This document shows, piece after piece, positions 23,234-36,740 of a stretch of DNA of 52,470 bases. This DNA comes from Catajapyx aquilonaris (taxonomy: Eukaryota): positions 1 to 52,470 of the forward strand of contig JYFJ02002702.1 of the NCBI GenBank assembly GCA_000934665.2, written 5' to 3'. Position 1 is the stretch's first letter. The number at the start of each line of letters is the position of its first letter. The notes below the pieces were generated by a model that worked only from the letters and a program-made list of their open reading frames with translations, was not told the origin of the DNA and did not search any database. Made by a program: the position numbers and the translations under genes.

Positions 23234-23949
23234 ACTGACCTTCAATTCCCCCAGCTCCTCCTCCACCCAGCTGTTGTTTATTTTGATCCCCTCTGGGCCC
23301 TTTACCAGTGACCTCGCCTTTATCGGATCCCAAACAACCTCAGACTGTGCATATATATGTTGGTATGGCTCCGTGCTCAGCAAGTTACAGGCCTAACCGT
23401 ACGTACTCTCACTGGACACATAAGTCGTTATCTATGGACATGGTGACATATTCCAGTGGATTTATGTCTAGTCAGATTATCTGTACTTGTTTTAATTTTA
23501 TGTGCCATCCATTCACAACTGCTGACATGTACAGTACACTATCTTAGCGAAAAGTTTTATGCCGATGCAGTCATTTCGTAGGGTTTAAAAAAAAAAAAAA
23601 AAAAATGTGGCCTTGATCCTTGAGATATGCAGGAGTGGTGATTATTATCACCCGGCCACATGGCCCGGCGCGCTATTTCTGTCAGGTGATACCAGAGTTT
23701 AACCCCATGTCGAAGGTGAGAACCCACAAAAGTGTAATTTTGCTTCTATTTGTGTCCACAAAACTATGTAGATGTCGACGCATTCCTTGTGTGGATAGAA
23801 TGATACAAACCTAGCTGGACTGGAAAACTTGCAGTTTCCTCCACTCCGCAACCCTCAATGAGGCAATAACGTATGATATTGAACAGAAAATTATTTCCCA
23901 TCTTGTAGGTGAAATTTATTTATTACAAGTGTTAAATCCAACAGTGCCA

Positions 23950-26900
23950 TTATATCACAACCAGAATCAGTGCAAATGAAGTGAGTGCCAAAATGGTCGC
24001 AGAAAGGGTCGTTGCTGAATTGACATCTGAAACACCTGGCGAAGAACGCTCAATTAGTCAACTGGCAAATGATTTGACGCTTGCCACTTTATAATAATTG
24101 AGCTCACCTTGCTTTGTGTCACAGTGACGGTATGGCAGCTTCGTTTTACGTTTTGGATCAGGTGTGGCACCAATGATTTGTATGGATGGGGATTGCAACT
24201 CGCCTTGATGCAACAGACGGACAAAGTCTTGCTCTAATTTGTTAGCATTGGGACCTGCAGATAAAATTATATGTAATTATATTAATCACCATGTCGCACT
24301 GGATGCGTAATGTTTGTGACACTCGAACATCCCGATCACATGATTCATCTGAAAGTCTTTCACTGTAGTCATGATTTTAGTCCAGATATTTAAAACATAA
24401 ATCTTAGTTTAACAACTGGACTATTTACCTGTAAAGTGCAGCAAAAACTGAACGCATTTCCCATCTTGAAGAACTTTAGTTTCTCGGTTATCCACTGTCA
24501 GCATCCATTCTGGAATTCCCATCACGCTGCGAACATCTTTTAAGAACTCAGACCTTTAAAAGAGGTACAGTAGTCATAATTGCTGTCAAAATAATAATGG
24601 TGGTACAACTTACTCGATGAATCTTGGCGGTTTGTTGATGTTGGCATATTTGACGATGTCATTGTCAGGTAGAATTGTTGCACAGGCAAACTTTTCCGGT
24701 GCTCCACCTTCATTGTGAATTATTAATGACCTTCCTATCACAGATGCTGCTCCACCTGAAATTAATAACCACTAATTAATTATACAAAAATGGTAGGCCT
24801 ATTATAGAATTCACAAATGACATCAGTGGTGATGTCATTTGATACTTATGAAGAGGAGAGTAGATTACTCAGTGGAAGATTTGGGTCGTTAAAAACAAAT
24901 CGGGGTCCTCCAATCTCAATAGGCCCCAATCTTCCGGAAATATCACCGACGTCACATCGCAAGGGATTATCGGGTTTACATTCCTTGTCGTAATATTCAA
25001 ACTGCAATAGACACATTGTAGTGTAAACCTGCCGCAATGAGAATTTCGTAGCATTAACTTACATCAGTGGGTTGTGCCAACTGGATGAAGTATGGGTTCC
25101 ATCTAAATCCGCCAGCAACACAACGTGTGTTGAACTGTTTAACTGTGGCATCGTGAGACACAGGGTTGACATACACAGACCATTTGTGGTTTCTGGTCTG
25201 CAAGAAGAGTTCATTTACGGTAGGCTATCACATGTGAGTCCATGACACAACAAGCTTCTCTTTGGATGATGCTATCCTCGATTGTGGAGGAGGAATCCGA
25301 GTACTTGTGAACGGGATTGAGCTACATGAAACTTACGTGGTTTTTGTTGTTAGGACCTGGATGCTTTAGATTGACTTCAATAGTTGTGTCACTCGTGCTG
25401 CCATCATGGTACACCAGTTGGGTCTGAAATTTTTGGATTATTATTCTTGCATTTGACTCACTACAAGCTAACTCACCATGCGGATATATCCCCATGCGTA
25501 ACCTTGGGGGTGGTGAAAGGAAGCAATAGCACGGTATTCATGTGCTTCAGAAGTAGCGTACCCTCGGCCAATGGTAGCACACATCCACCTGCACTTAGCA
25601 TCATTACTAATTGCACAGGTAAAAGGAAATTTATTGCATACCTGGCACCCTTTTCCTTCTTGTGCACCACAATGCTTCTGCCAATAATACTGTTGAATCC
25701 ATACAACATGAGGTTGGTGTCATTGTAATATTTGTGCAGTTCCATTAGGTTGTCCAGCATGCCATACTTTCCACTGAGGTCACCCATTTCATACTCATCA
25801 GCAGAACCAATGGTGGGTACAGGGCTTTCCTTCACGTTTACGTTGAATGGATTGTAATGGCCAGACACCGCTGTATCTTCACAGGGGAACACCAGATCGA
25901 CAAGTACTGGATACTGAAAATGTCATAAGTTAATAGTGTCGTGAAGTGCAGACGCAATCTGAATCATGCAGGCATTTAAATTTTTCCTCCACCAGAGTTG
26001 GATTATGTAATCAGTTGAATTTATTATTTTATGGCACAAAATGTTCTTACCAAGTGCACATGGTAACCTGACGTAATGCCTTGAAGACCTTGCAGTTTGA
26101 CCTCTGATGACACAAGAGCTTGGGAATTCTCCTGGATAAATTCCAGTTTGCCGCTTACTGCAGGCGGCACACCATTTCCAAACCAGTCTTTGACAACAGC
26201 TTTTCGACGATACAGTCTAAAAATTCTGAAACCACAAAATGTCACTTGTGTCCTTGTGTTTTCCAGACATTAATTCTAATACTTACTGCGCACATGCAAG
26301 TCGATCTCCTCTTGCCTTGGGTCCATTATCCTCATGGATGACAATAGATTTTCCAATAATGGAGTACCGTCCTGATAGAGCCAGATTAGTATCGGTGAAC
26401 ATCTTCTTGGTCTTCCCCATGTACTCCCTAGTTCCAGCCACCTCCAGTCGGCCATGTCGACTGACCAGGTCTCCTGCTTCACACCTCAACTGGTTGTCTA
26501 AGCCACATTCCTTGTATTCATTTTCCTGGAGGCTCACCTTCGGAAACAATGTTCGGTTCAGCACTGAGATGAGTGCCATTACTTATTACACTAACATGCA
26601 TTTACTTTCATATACTTATTGTAGAATCATTACGCTCATTTGTGGAGATTCTTCCACAGATATTGAAAAGTTTTGAGCCAAAAATGTTACAAAATCTGGA
26701 CCTGCATTACTGTTGTTGTTGCTTTATTGAAACCATTCAATTAAAATAATGTAATTGACGAAAATTAATAATGTGGACAGCATGCATTTTCTACATTTCT
26801 ATAAATTAGACAGCAATACCTTGTATGGATTGTAATGACCTCCGGCACTGAGGCATCTTCCGGTCCAGTTGTAATAGTCCTTTCCTGGTACGTCGACATG

Positions 26901-29900
26901 GACATGCCACCGGTGGTTCTCAGTCCCATTCTTGGACCCATCACTGTACACAAGTGACTCCACGACAATGCTGGTCTCTGAGAGTGGATCATCCAACTGT
27001 TGCGTGAACACAATCCTTCCAACCAAGGGGTACCTGAATGTCACCACTGCACTGATGGTTTCCACACTAGACTGAATGTTGCCACACAGCCACCTTGCAT
27101 TGTCCACTGGCTTGTGCATGACAATGGCCCTGTGAACAATGCTGCGAGGTCCAAACAGGGGCATGTTGGTGTCCAGATAATATGCCTGGAGGTAATGCAA
27201 GCCTTCGAGGCTTCCATGCTTCCCACTGATGTCGCCCAATTCATATTGGTCATCAGTACCTTCTCCTGGAGGAGGACTTTGCATAACATCCCAGTTATAT
27301 GGGTTGTAGTGACCTGCAGTTCTGGAGCATACTGGGTCATCCTGGGTCATCTTGGGAGGAACTGGAAATTCATGGACATGGTACAGGGCAGCACCTTGGC
27401 GAAGGTTGTTCACGTCCACTTGGATGCTGGTTACGTCAAATGGGCTGTTTTGCTTGAAGGTGATGTAGCCTTTCACTCCATGGCCTTCCAGGTATGATGT
27501 GGCAACCTGGGAAAAACACGTAGGTTAAGGTTTTTTTTTCTTTCTTTCTAAATCTCATTGTCCACGTGCAAAAAAAGTCAGAAAGGAAGGCAAGCTATTG
27601 TTACAGCCTCAAAGTGTAGAAGTAGAAGCTGATGCCTTTGAATACCACGTGCCTTTGGGTTATTTCCGCACAGCATGCACTCTCTATATAACTTTGTTTC
27701 ATTGCACCTTGAACATGCTGTTCAAATTTGCAATGCTTTTCAACTGCTAACTAAGCTACGCATGACTATACCTACTGCATGCCCTTGACATTATACTGTA
27801 TTCATTACAGGCAATATTTCACATATTGTTGGTTTCAAACATCTTCATAGAGCTAATATTTAGTGAAATTAACAGCCAGTTCAATGGTTGCTAATTCAAT
27901 ATACATTACCCTTCTTAATTTGCATAATTAATTAGCTCCTACTGCTCACTACCAGCCCTATCACCCACTCTCTCTTAAATTTGGACCTAATAAAATATTA
28001 TTCACGGAAGTGCTACATATTTTACAATTCTCACAGTGCACCATCATTTCAACTTTTATGGAAGTGGGAGCATACAGCCATCAATCATTCCCTGCATTTC
28101 ATTTCACCCTTTGTAGGCTAATATTACGTCAACTTCCGCGTAACATACTCTAATAAGTATGTTACGCTAACTTTTACTTGAAATCTATGCTCTGGAAACT
28201 CCAGTAATTTTCTAAAGTGAAAAAAAAGATCCAAGTTCCAGAAATAGCATTGCCGAGAAACCTCAAGAATGTTTCCTTTACTTCTCAACACGTAAAGGTG
28301 ACCCTCACAAATCTGGATTATAATGTGCTGTACTAACCTTGGGCTTCATTTCCCTTATCCTGGCGCACGCAAAGATGTTTTCCGGATGCACCGGATCAAA
28401 CAGCACGACATAGAGTGTTCTGGCCGGATTCTCATCCGGAAGTAGCAGCGTGGGATCTGAGAAGAATTTTTTGGAGAATCGTCCCTGCCTGCTTCCAACC
28501 CGGATGTTTCCAAGCTTGCTGGTCAGGTCGCCTATCTTGCACTTGTCCGGTTCCTCCGAGGAGCATCCGGAGTCTTCTCTGGCGTCCGGATCGTATAGGA
28601 TTTGAAGGAAATCGCAGCTGGACTTCTCCGAGTCCCCATCCACGTCCAGGATGTCCGTCACAAACACCTGCCATTTGTGGTCTGTGGCAGACGGCTTGGA
28701 CAGCGAAGAGTGGTATATATTGGAGTAAATGGTCGTGTCCACATGCGTACCGGTGGCCAGTGAGCGAAAGGTCAAGCTGCCGGACACTGGGTGAAGGAAA
28801 CGAGCCTCCTTCGTCTTCACGGGACTGTCCGCCTGACGACACAACAACAATGCAAAAATGGGATGCAGAAAATAAATCAAGACAGGAAGTAATAATATTC
28901 AGTTGTCAACAGCACCGACCACATCAGAAGTTAATTACCATCAGGAAGCAAGGTTTTTATCGTCCTGTTAAAATATTTACGACTCCAACGATAACAATGT
29001 ATTATCACTGAACACAAGATTACAAATTTGGCGTGACTAAAATATACCTTTTGCGGTATAATGACAATGCAAATGTAGCTGTAAATATTAAAATTACAGC
29101 ATGCGTGTCGCTCATTGAAATGGCAATAATGCACATTTCCTAGCAGATTCATGCATATTTTTAAGTACTGTACTAACACATAGGCCCTACCGCATGATGA
29201 CAGCTATGTGCGAGTGAGTCATTTATTTCTATATTTTTGTTAATTTTTTTTATTATTTAATTGGGAGAAATCTGCGAGCTATGCCGCCGGCTACAGTTTC
29301 ACATCCCATTCGATATCATATCGCCGCGGGTTAATGTAGCAATAACTTAAGTGGGTCGATGTGCCAGGAACAATAACAGTACACGCATGAGCAGGCACAA
29401 TAGTGTTGCATCTGGGATAATTTTTTTTAAACGCACCTTTCTCTATCAACAGGTCAATTGATTAAACCCTTCGCGGTGGTCTTACCGTAATGGTACCGCA
29501 GGCAGTGACTGATCCTTGAAGAACCAGAGTATGACCCCAGATCGACTCTCGACCAATCATCCGAAGCTCGGTGGTCTCAAAGGTCAGAGGTCCCTCGCCG
29601 CCATCGGTCAACTTCAGCTGACCCAACACATCGTCCAGTTTCAACAGCCTGGTAATGACCAATTAGACTATTAATAACCGCGACATTTTTAATAAAATTT
29701 ATTGCGTCACTATCGTCCAAAGTCCACATGCACTGACCCGTTGACCTCAAAAATAAAACGTCCGACCCTTTTGCATGGGATGGGACAAATCACTTTTTCC
29801 CATCAACTTTTTTTTTTTCTCCGAGTACGTGTGATGTGTGTCATTTATTTCCGGAATTAACTCACACAATTGTAGTGCACTAAAAGCGAAAAACATTTAC

Positions 29901-30722
29901 CGGTACGAACATATTGAACAACCTGTTCGTTTAAAAAACCGGCTGCATATCATTTACAGTCCAAACTTGGTCATGAATCAGCTGAATTATATACGTGGTG
30001 CACATGAGTCACTCGGATTTTCGGCGTCATTTACTGAGCTTGAGGTCTATTGTTTTTTTAAGCTGGTTTTTTTCCCCCGGCGGCTTATCTTTGACCACCT
30101 GTGTGAATAAATAAACGGGATCTGTTTCTTACTGAGTTCCCAGCGTAACTCTGCTGCAACGGTCTTGAGCATCTCCAGAATAATCGACGGGCAGTTCGTG
30201 AATGAACCAAGAGTAGTCTCCTTCCGATGCGGGTGATACCACCTGCAGGTCAACTCTGATCTTGACCGGGTCACTGAGGTCATCTTGCTCGAAGGTCACG
30301 TTCCCCTTCAGACCTTTCATGGATATAGGGACGAACAAGGTCGTCCCAAAGGCGCCACCTGAATAATCCAGTGCAATTAATTTTCATTAAAAATATAACA
30401 CACTACGCAATAGCATATGATGGAGGGTCAACGCTACATTTTTGCCCGTAATTGGCCAATCAACAAAATTTGCAAACTCTTCAGATGCTTCATGCAACCG
30501 CGATGTGATGATGCATTCATGTCGCACACCCACGCGCCAGTTTTTAATTACAAATTTTTGCGACGGACTTGCACCTCACTAACTGCTCATTGACACCATC
30601 GCAATTGCGCTGGCTTGTCCTTCCCCGCCAATTAAAATCCTGATTTAAAAAGATAAAATAAAAACCAAGGCCGTACCTGCTAGCAGCAGCTGGAATATGA
30701 GAAGCACGTACACTGCCTCCAT
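23950..30722 (-). CDS. Rsod: Cu/Zn-SOD repeat protein (Rsod / copper-only SOD repeat protein, CSRP), ~1087 aa, 16 exons, secreted and probably GPI-anchored
   Basis: Exons 30722-30677, 30358-30133, 29648-29486, 28832-28338, 27506-26820, 26537-26287, 26216-26051, 25913-25642, 25588-25477, 25423-25337, 25197-25063, 25001-24869, 24755-24614, 24553-24429, 24254-24108, 24026-23950 (3264 nt, in frame). Signal peptide MEAVYVLLIFQLLLAG. Repeated YHVH..P / GHYNP / E.GD.SGK.G / SI.G.SIV.H / R..C..I motifs. Hydrophobic C-terminus ATILALTSFALILVVI. Confidence 0.92.
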
Positions 30723-32667
30723 ACTGGTATGCACTTGTTCACGTACACCAAATAGTCCTAAGCACACTCATGTTGAAGCACCTGCTGTTCCGGCAAGTGA
30801 AAGCGTCCTTTTCCCAAGCCTGCCCTACACTACACCAACTCTAGCCCCCTCTGTGCACAACCTAGATGCTCACTATACCGGTGTGGCGTGCCTTCAAGTC
30901 CCCACCCAACCACCCACCCACCCCCAAAAAAAAATAAGAGAGAAAAAAAAAAGCTTTGGCAGGTGGATTAATTTCGCGGGCTGGAATATGCTGATCCGGA
31001 TGGAATGTGCGGGGAATGCGATATTTTTTTCTGGTGGGAAGGAGCCGTCAGCTTTAAAGCAGGAAGGCACCGAAATCGTGGTCTACCACAGGATACGGGG
31101 GTTTAAAAACTGTGTATAGTAGAGCTATGGGATGGTCGGAGGAGGAAAATGGGATTCAGAGAAGACCGGGTTGCCACATGTATCCCCCGGCCTTTTTTTT
31201 CTCTCTCATGTCAAGTATACGTTTGAGGCATGTGCGGAATAATTATGTCGTCAACCAAGCATGTAATCAGTGCACAGTGATTCAGACGACTCGGTATATA
31301 AATAAAACACCGTTTCCGGTACTGTTGCCTGCTCTTAAATATCGAGGTAAACACATTCCGAGACACCTGCTGTACATATTGTTTCATACTTATCTACAAC
31401 TTGTCACCTGTGTAGTTGTAAATGAATGAATTTTTGCAATTTTATACTAACGGTACATTAATATAGCATCATATAAGGAAAGTCTGTGTCTGCAGATATT
31501 TCCAGAATATTGTACCCAATTTTGCCTTTATCATCCCAATCGTGCGATCTCGGCGAGAATAGAGTGAAGGAGCATATGGCGCAAGAAAATGCAAACAAAT
31601 ATTGTCCCACGGTTTATTTCGATCAGCAACTTTAATAAAAACTAGAGATACAGGATGAATACATATTTTTCTCGCCTGTTTGCCAAATTTCAACAAAAAC
31701 TGGCGTTGTTTCCGGCTTGTGAGCTGCCAATTTTCAATCTTACCCTTCTGAGGTCAGCCTCTCAGCAAAGTCGGCCTTCCGCTCTTAATTTTTTTTTCTT
31801 CGGTAGGCAATAACAATGTTCTCACGGAAATTTTCACGGCTGAGCAACACCCCCCTTGACCATAAAATGCAGTTACAAGTGCTCAATTAAGGTATTGTCG
31901 GAAGAAGAAAAAAAAATACAAAAGTTCTATAGTTTGGCCCTGTATGTGACATGGTCGGTTAGACAGTAACTCGAACTGTCAAAATACCTGGGGAATATCC
32001 ATTAGTTGGTTTCAGTCTGGAATTGCAAATGTTGGGAGAAATATACCGTAACGTGAGGTTTTCTTCAAGACGAGCTCGAGTTGAATGGGAAACCAGGCAC
32101 GTAGCAAGTGGTTGCCCAAATTCGCACATTTTTCTGGTTTCATATTTTTATGTGCAATCTGCGAGATAACTTATAGGCCAGGAAATGCGAATGACTACTT
32201 CAGTGACTATTATATTCATTGCATAGGCGTGTGCGTAATCAGTTCCACTACATTACGTTGTAAATGCAACTTTCTTTGAACGCTTAGTTCCTGTTAATTT
32301 TTGAGTGGTGATTAAATTCAAGAAAGTGCGGATGTACTCTCCACTCTCAACAATGCAAACAACTAAACGAGGTATGCTACTGTACATTGAGCTAGCTTGA
32401 CGAATCCGACATGTACCGAATTTTAAACACGGTGTAAAATCGTGTAATGATATTTACATATTTAACCATCAAACTGCACAATTTTAAACGGTGCAAGATG
32501 AGAGGAAAATTAACATATGCCAGTAAGTACTAGATAAATAACTTTTAATATGAACAGCTCCGATTACAAAATAATATTCACACCAAATAATAATACATGA
32601 TTGTACAATATTCAATATTTCAAAATGTGGTCTCCACATTCCTCATGGTGCAATTATTAGCTTCATG

Positions 32668-34999
32668 TCATTCAGAACGAAAGCTCTCTTCATCCCTCAC
32701 CTCGATGAACTCGGTAACTTTCTTGAAGAAAAAGTGAATCGGATAGGCCAAGGCCAGGAAGGCCATCATCGTAACGCCTATGTGCACCTGAAACGAGGCG
32801 AGAAAAAATATGGTGTTGCTCAAGGTGCCCTTTTTGGTCACGTCTTTTGGCTCACGTCACGAAAGGTTCCCTGGATCTGCTCCACGGCGTTTAGCACCAC
32901 GTACAGAGGGGGAAACAGGATAGCAACCATGGCACTGAAGACAGACACTGAGTATGAAAATCTGACAGGGTCGTACCTACATGTATGAAGAGACAAATGA
33001 GATTAAATGCAAACTATGTTTAAAAAAGATGGGACTTGCTTGATTTGGAGGATGAAGCTGCAGACTGCTCCAAGTGACACGTTGACAACGGCGGAGAAGA
33101 AGGTCGAGACCCACAAAAAAATGTCGTGGTCAATGGAGTCCTGGAAGATAATCAGGAAGCCGAGGACTAGGGCGATCACGTTGAGGAAGATCATGAATCG
33201 AGCTGTGATTCGTATCAGGAAACTTTTGCGCTCCGTTGATTTCTCAGCTGTGCATAAGGAAGGTATATTAACGATCGTAAAAATCTCAGATGTAACATGA
33301 GGGGTTAAACCTATTGTTTAGTACTGGTTTCAGGTGAAATGGATTTAGGTCGGGTTGTGCGAGCCAGTTAATTGTTAAAGGTACGTATGATCCGCACATG
33401 AGTTTACCCTTTTTATTTTTGCGGCAACGATCGACGTAAATTCCAGCCGACAAGGTCATGGCGCCAGCAAAGCACATAAATGCTAAAAGTAGAATGTGGT
33501 TGATACGTATCTGTACAACAAGACAATTCGCCAATTTTTTTTGGCAAAGACTAATACTCCAACCTGTTAGAGCACCGGTGTTTTTAAATGTCCAGCCAGA
33601 GGCTCCTGTGTATATTACAGTGATGTACTTGAGGAATGAGAACCACATTGAGAGAAACAGGACGCTCCAAGTGCAAGACTGTTTGAATAAAGCCCAGTAA
33701 CTGTACTCCTCAATATCTTCGTCTTCATCAGCTGCAAAATTGCACTCTTGTACAGTGAAAATATTCGTTATGTAAAGTAATGTACTGCCTTACAATTATT
33801 TTCCTCATTTTCCAATGGTCGGATCTTCATGGCGTATGAGAAGAAAAACATCACGATAGTCAGGCAGGTCAGGGATAATGCCAATGTCCGCAACGTGAGT
33901 CCGATGTAATGAGACCACTAAAAATGGACCAGGTTCACAAATCGCTCCAACAATTATTAATAAGGCAGGTAAATTACCCTGAAAAGCACAGCCGACATGC
34001 TGTAAGCGGCTCCGTATAGACCCAGCAGCATTGTCTGGTGCTTTGGAGCGTAGAAGATCATCTGGAGCGTTGTGAGTCTGAACATGTTGCCTCCCCAGCA
34101 GCTTAAAAGTGCTATAACAATAAGGACCCATCGTGCGGTGGCTGAAATGATATCATTTCACAGATAATCATTATTAGTGGAAACCATGTCAAAAACCCTG
34201 ATGCTGGGTACAACATCACCTGGCGTGATGGCAGCCATGAACATGTAGCAGACGAACATAATTGAGCTGCAAATTAAACTCATAATTATGCATGAACTTG
34301 AGTCGGTACTGCAGTACCATACCTGGACAGCAAGGCGGATCCCCTGACGCCTAGGCAGTGTGCCATGATGTTGAGTGGCACAGATGCAAGCCCATACACT
34401 GAGGTGAAGATGTCCAGTATGAAGATGGCATATTCTTCATTTGCGTTGCAGCTGAATTGGTGCAACACACCCTTGGGAATGTCCTGCTCAAATGCAATCC
34501 CGGCTGAAATGTCCCTCATCCTGTAGTGGTATGGCTTATGGAATCTGCCATCTAGGAGCTTCGGCACGTCCTTGCAGTCCTTTCCAAATACGTTGGCCTC
34601 CTTCAGCATCTCCGTGAGGGCAGCATCGAAAATGTTTCCAGAGAAGAGGGCTGTGCCGAATATGCTCCAGAAGTAGACCCAGGGCAGGTTGGAGTATCGC
34701 TCCAGAGGACAACGAGGCATGGCAGTACTTGTATAGTCACCGATGCTGACACTGCTGCTGCTGCTACTACTACTGCTCTCTTCCTTGGCATCGGACTTGC
34801 CCTTATCACTGGATGTGCATACCTCAATCTTGTCTGGGTCCTCGTGAGATGATGATTTGCGAGGGACATTGCTGCGATATCCAGATGTTGATGGCTGCTG
34901 ATCATCTGATGATGCTGGTGGCTGCACAGCACGTGTGTCGTTGCTGGTACTTGGCTGCTCATCAGTCGCATGGCTTGGAGCTGAACTTGTAGTTTCCAT
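32668..34999 (-). CDS. Divergent SLC43-family (LAT3/LAT4/SLC43A3-like) MFS transporter, ~567 aa, 9 exons
   Basis: Exons 34999-34323, 34266-34220, 34141-33978, 33917-33794, 33731-33564, 33482-33408, 33247-33040, 32976-32856, 32787-32668 (1704 nt, in frame; one GC-AG intron). TM1 followed by MLKEANVFGKDC...CNANEE, GLYGAAYSMSAVLF and AGIYVDR align by eye with SLC43 motifs; about 11-12 hydrophobic segments. Confidence 0.72.
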
Positions 35000-36740
35000 T
35001 ATTCAGGTGCTGGCTGTGCATAACACAAAGAGCATATTCACTATTTGCATGCGTAAAATAATGTGCCCGAATTGAGACAAATGAGTCAAATGCATGGGCG
35101 TGTATATTGGTAGACATTAATTTATTCCTGAATTTATGATATTATTCCTGGTCATCATGAAGTGATGTGGATTCACAGTTCATCCTGTACAGGTATGCAT
35201 ACTTTGGGTGGGAGAAAGTGCCCAATTTTACAATTGGCCTAAATACGAGTACTAACCACATGCATCATGACAAGCTCATTTGAAATAATACTGCTATCCC
35301 TTTGCCTTCATGTCTCAAAGTGCTATTGTCAAATATGCAAAGATAAAGATACTTCAATTGAATGTAAAACACAGGTAGAAACCACGTTTGCAATAATTAG
35401 TGTGCACTGCAATCAACACCCAATGCAGCAGCTGAATGAAAAATGAGATTCATATTTCCTCACTGCCCAGAAAATACCGGTACTGTTAGATAATTATATC
35501 ACTGCAAGTGCTTTTACAACAAACCATGAGACATGGGCGTTTAATTATAATTATTGAATTACTATAAGTGGCTTACGTGTGTGTCCTGGATGACTCTCAC
35601 CACCAGAATGTGAGTCCACCTGGCTGGCTTGCTATCCCCAACTACTAACAGTCTATCTGGAGATAATTTTTTAAATATATTTCAGCAGCTCATTCCAATG
35701 CAGCAAGTATCCAAAGGGGCTCATGTTCAATGCACCTCACAAATTATCAACACAGATGGTTCAAAATTGTTCACATTGTGATTTATTAGCCGCATATGTC
35801 TAAATACAATAGGTATTTTTGCAGACCTCCCAAAACTACCTCATTTGTAGTGCCTCATGAAACACTACATGCCAAAAGCCCGCAGTTTTTATTTATTAAT
35901 TATTCTCTTTCTTTTTGAGCAAAGCATCTCTGAGTTCTTCAACTGGAATCATGCAGGAATAGCTCACTTGCAGGCATCACAGAGCTTATAAAACTAGGCT
36001 CTGTAGTAGTAGCATATTTTGATGCTCGCATGTCTTTAGGCGAGACAGCCAAATGCAGGTAAAGAGGAATTTGTGTTGCCATTCGTCAGCAATGGACACA
36101 ACAGGAAGGTAAAATTTGCTAGTTGACTCTTCTCTCTCAAAGTTTCTTTTCTTGAAACTCGTAAGTAAAAAAAAATGAAACACTTGCGTCCAACAAGAAA
36201 AGGAACTTGAGAATGTTTATGGGTTTCGGGTTAAAATGTCCTCCTCTGCCGTTCCTACCCATATTGTCATATCAAACAACAACATCAAACATACACCACT
36301 TCTCCAACAATAGTTCAAACTCGATTTAAAAAATTGACTGATTGTGCCAACTTGTTCAATGAGAAAAGTCCGTATACCCTACGCTTCCATTTAAAAAAAG
36401 AGAAAAAATCCCTGGATCCCCTTATAATCATGTGGATTATTCAACAAAGCACCTTGACTCAAAAAATATACATACATTTACATATGTCATATATACCTCT
36501 CTGATGTGTGTATTGATAAGGACTAGCATGATTTTTTTGCAGGGTGCACGTTAACAACGGAACCAAAAAAAAAAAAGGCAATGCACTGTACAGAGGTCAT
36601 CCCCAACTGATGCGCCAACACAACAGGAAGGGAGTGTCCTGCTCCAACTTGGGACATTTCACAGCTGAATATCTGAAGTCTTCTTGGGACAGAGAGAGAA
36701 GGTGCGGAGAAGGATGCCCTCCCCTGTGGGTGATCCACCC

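Noticed and set aside
23162..23383. 73-aa minus-strand ORF upstream of copy C
   Set aside because: Non-ATG start, no recognisable homology, and it overlaps the putative promoter motifs.
22769..23588. Complete piggyBac MITE (TTAACCCT... to ...AGGGTTTAA)
   Set aside because: The ends match over only a few bases. The left part (GGGGTC-TTTTCG-GACCCC hairpin, CCGTG repeats) may be a TE remnant, but a full element is not supported.
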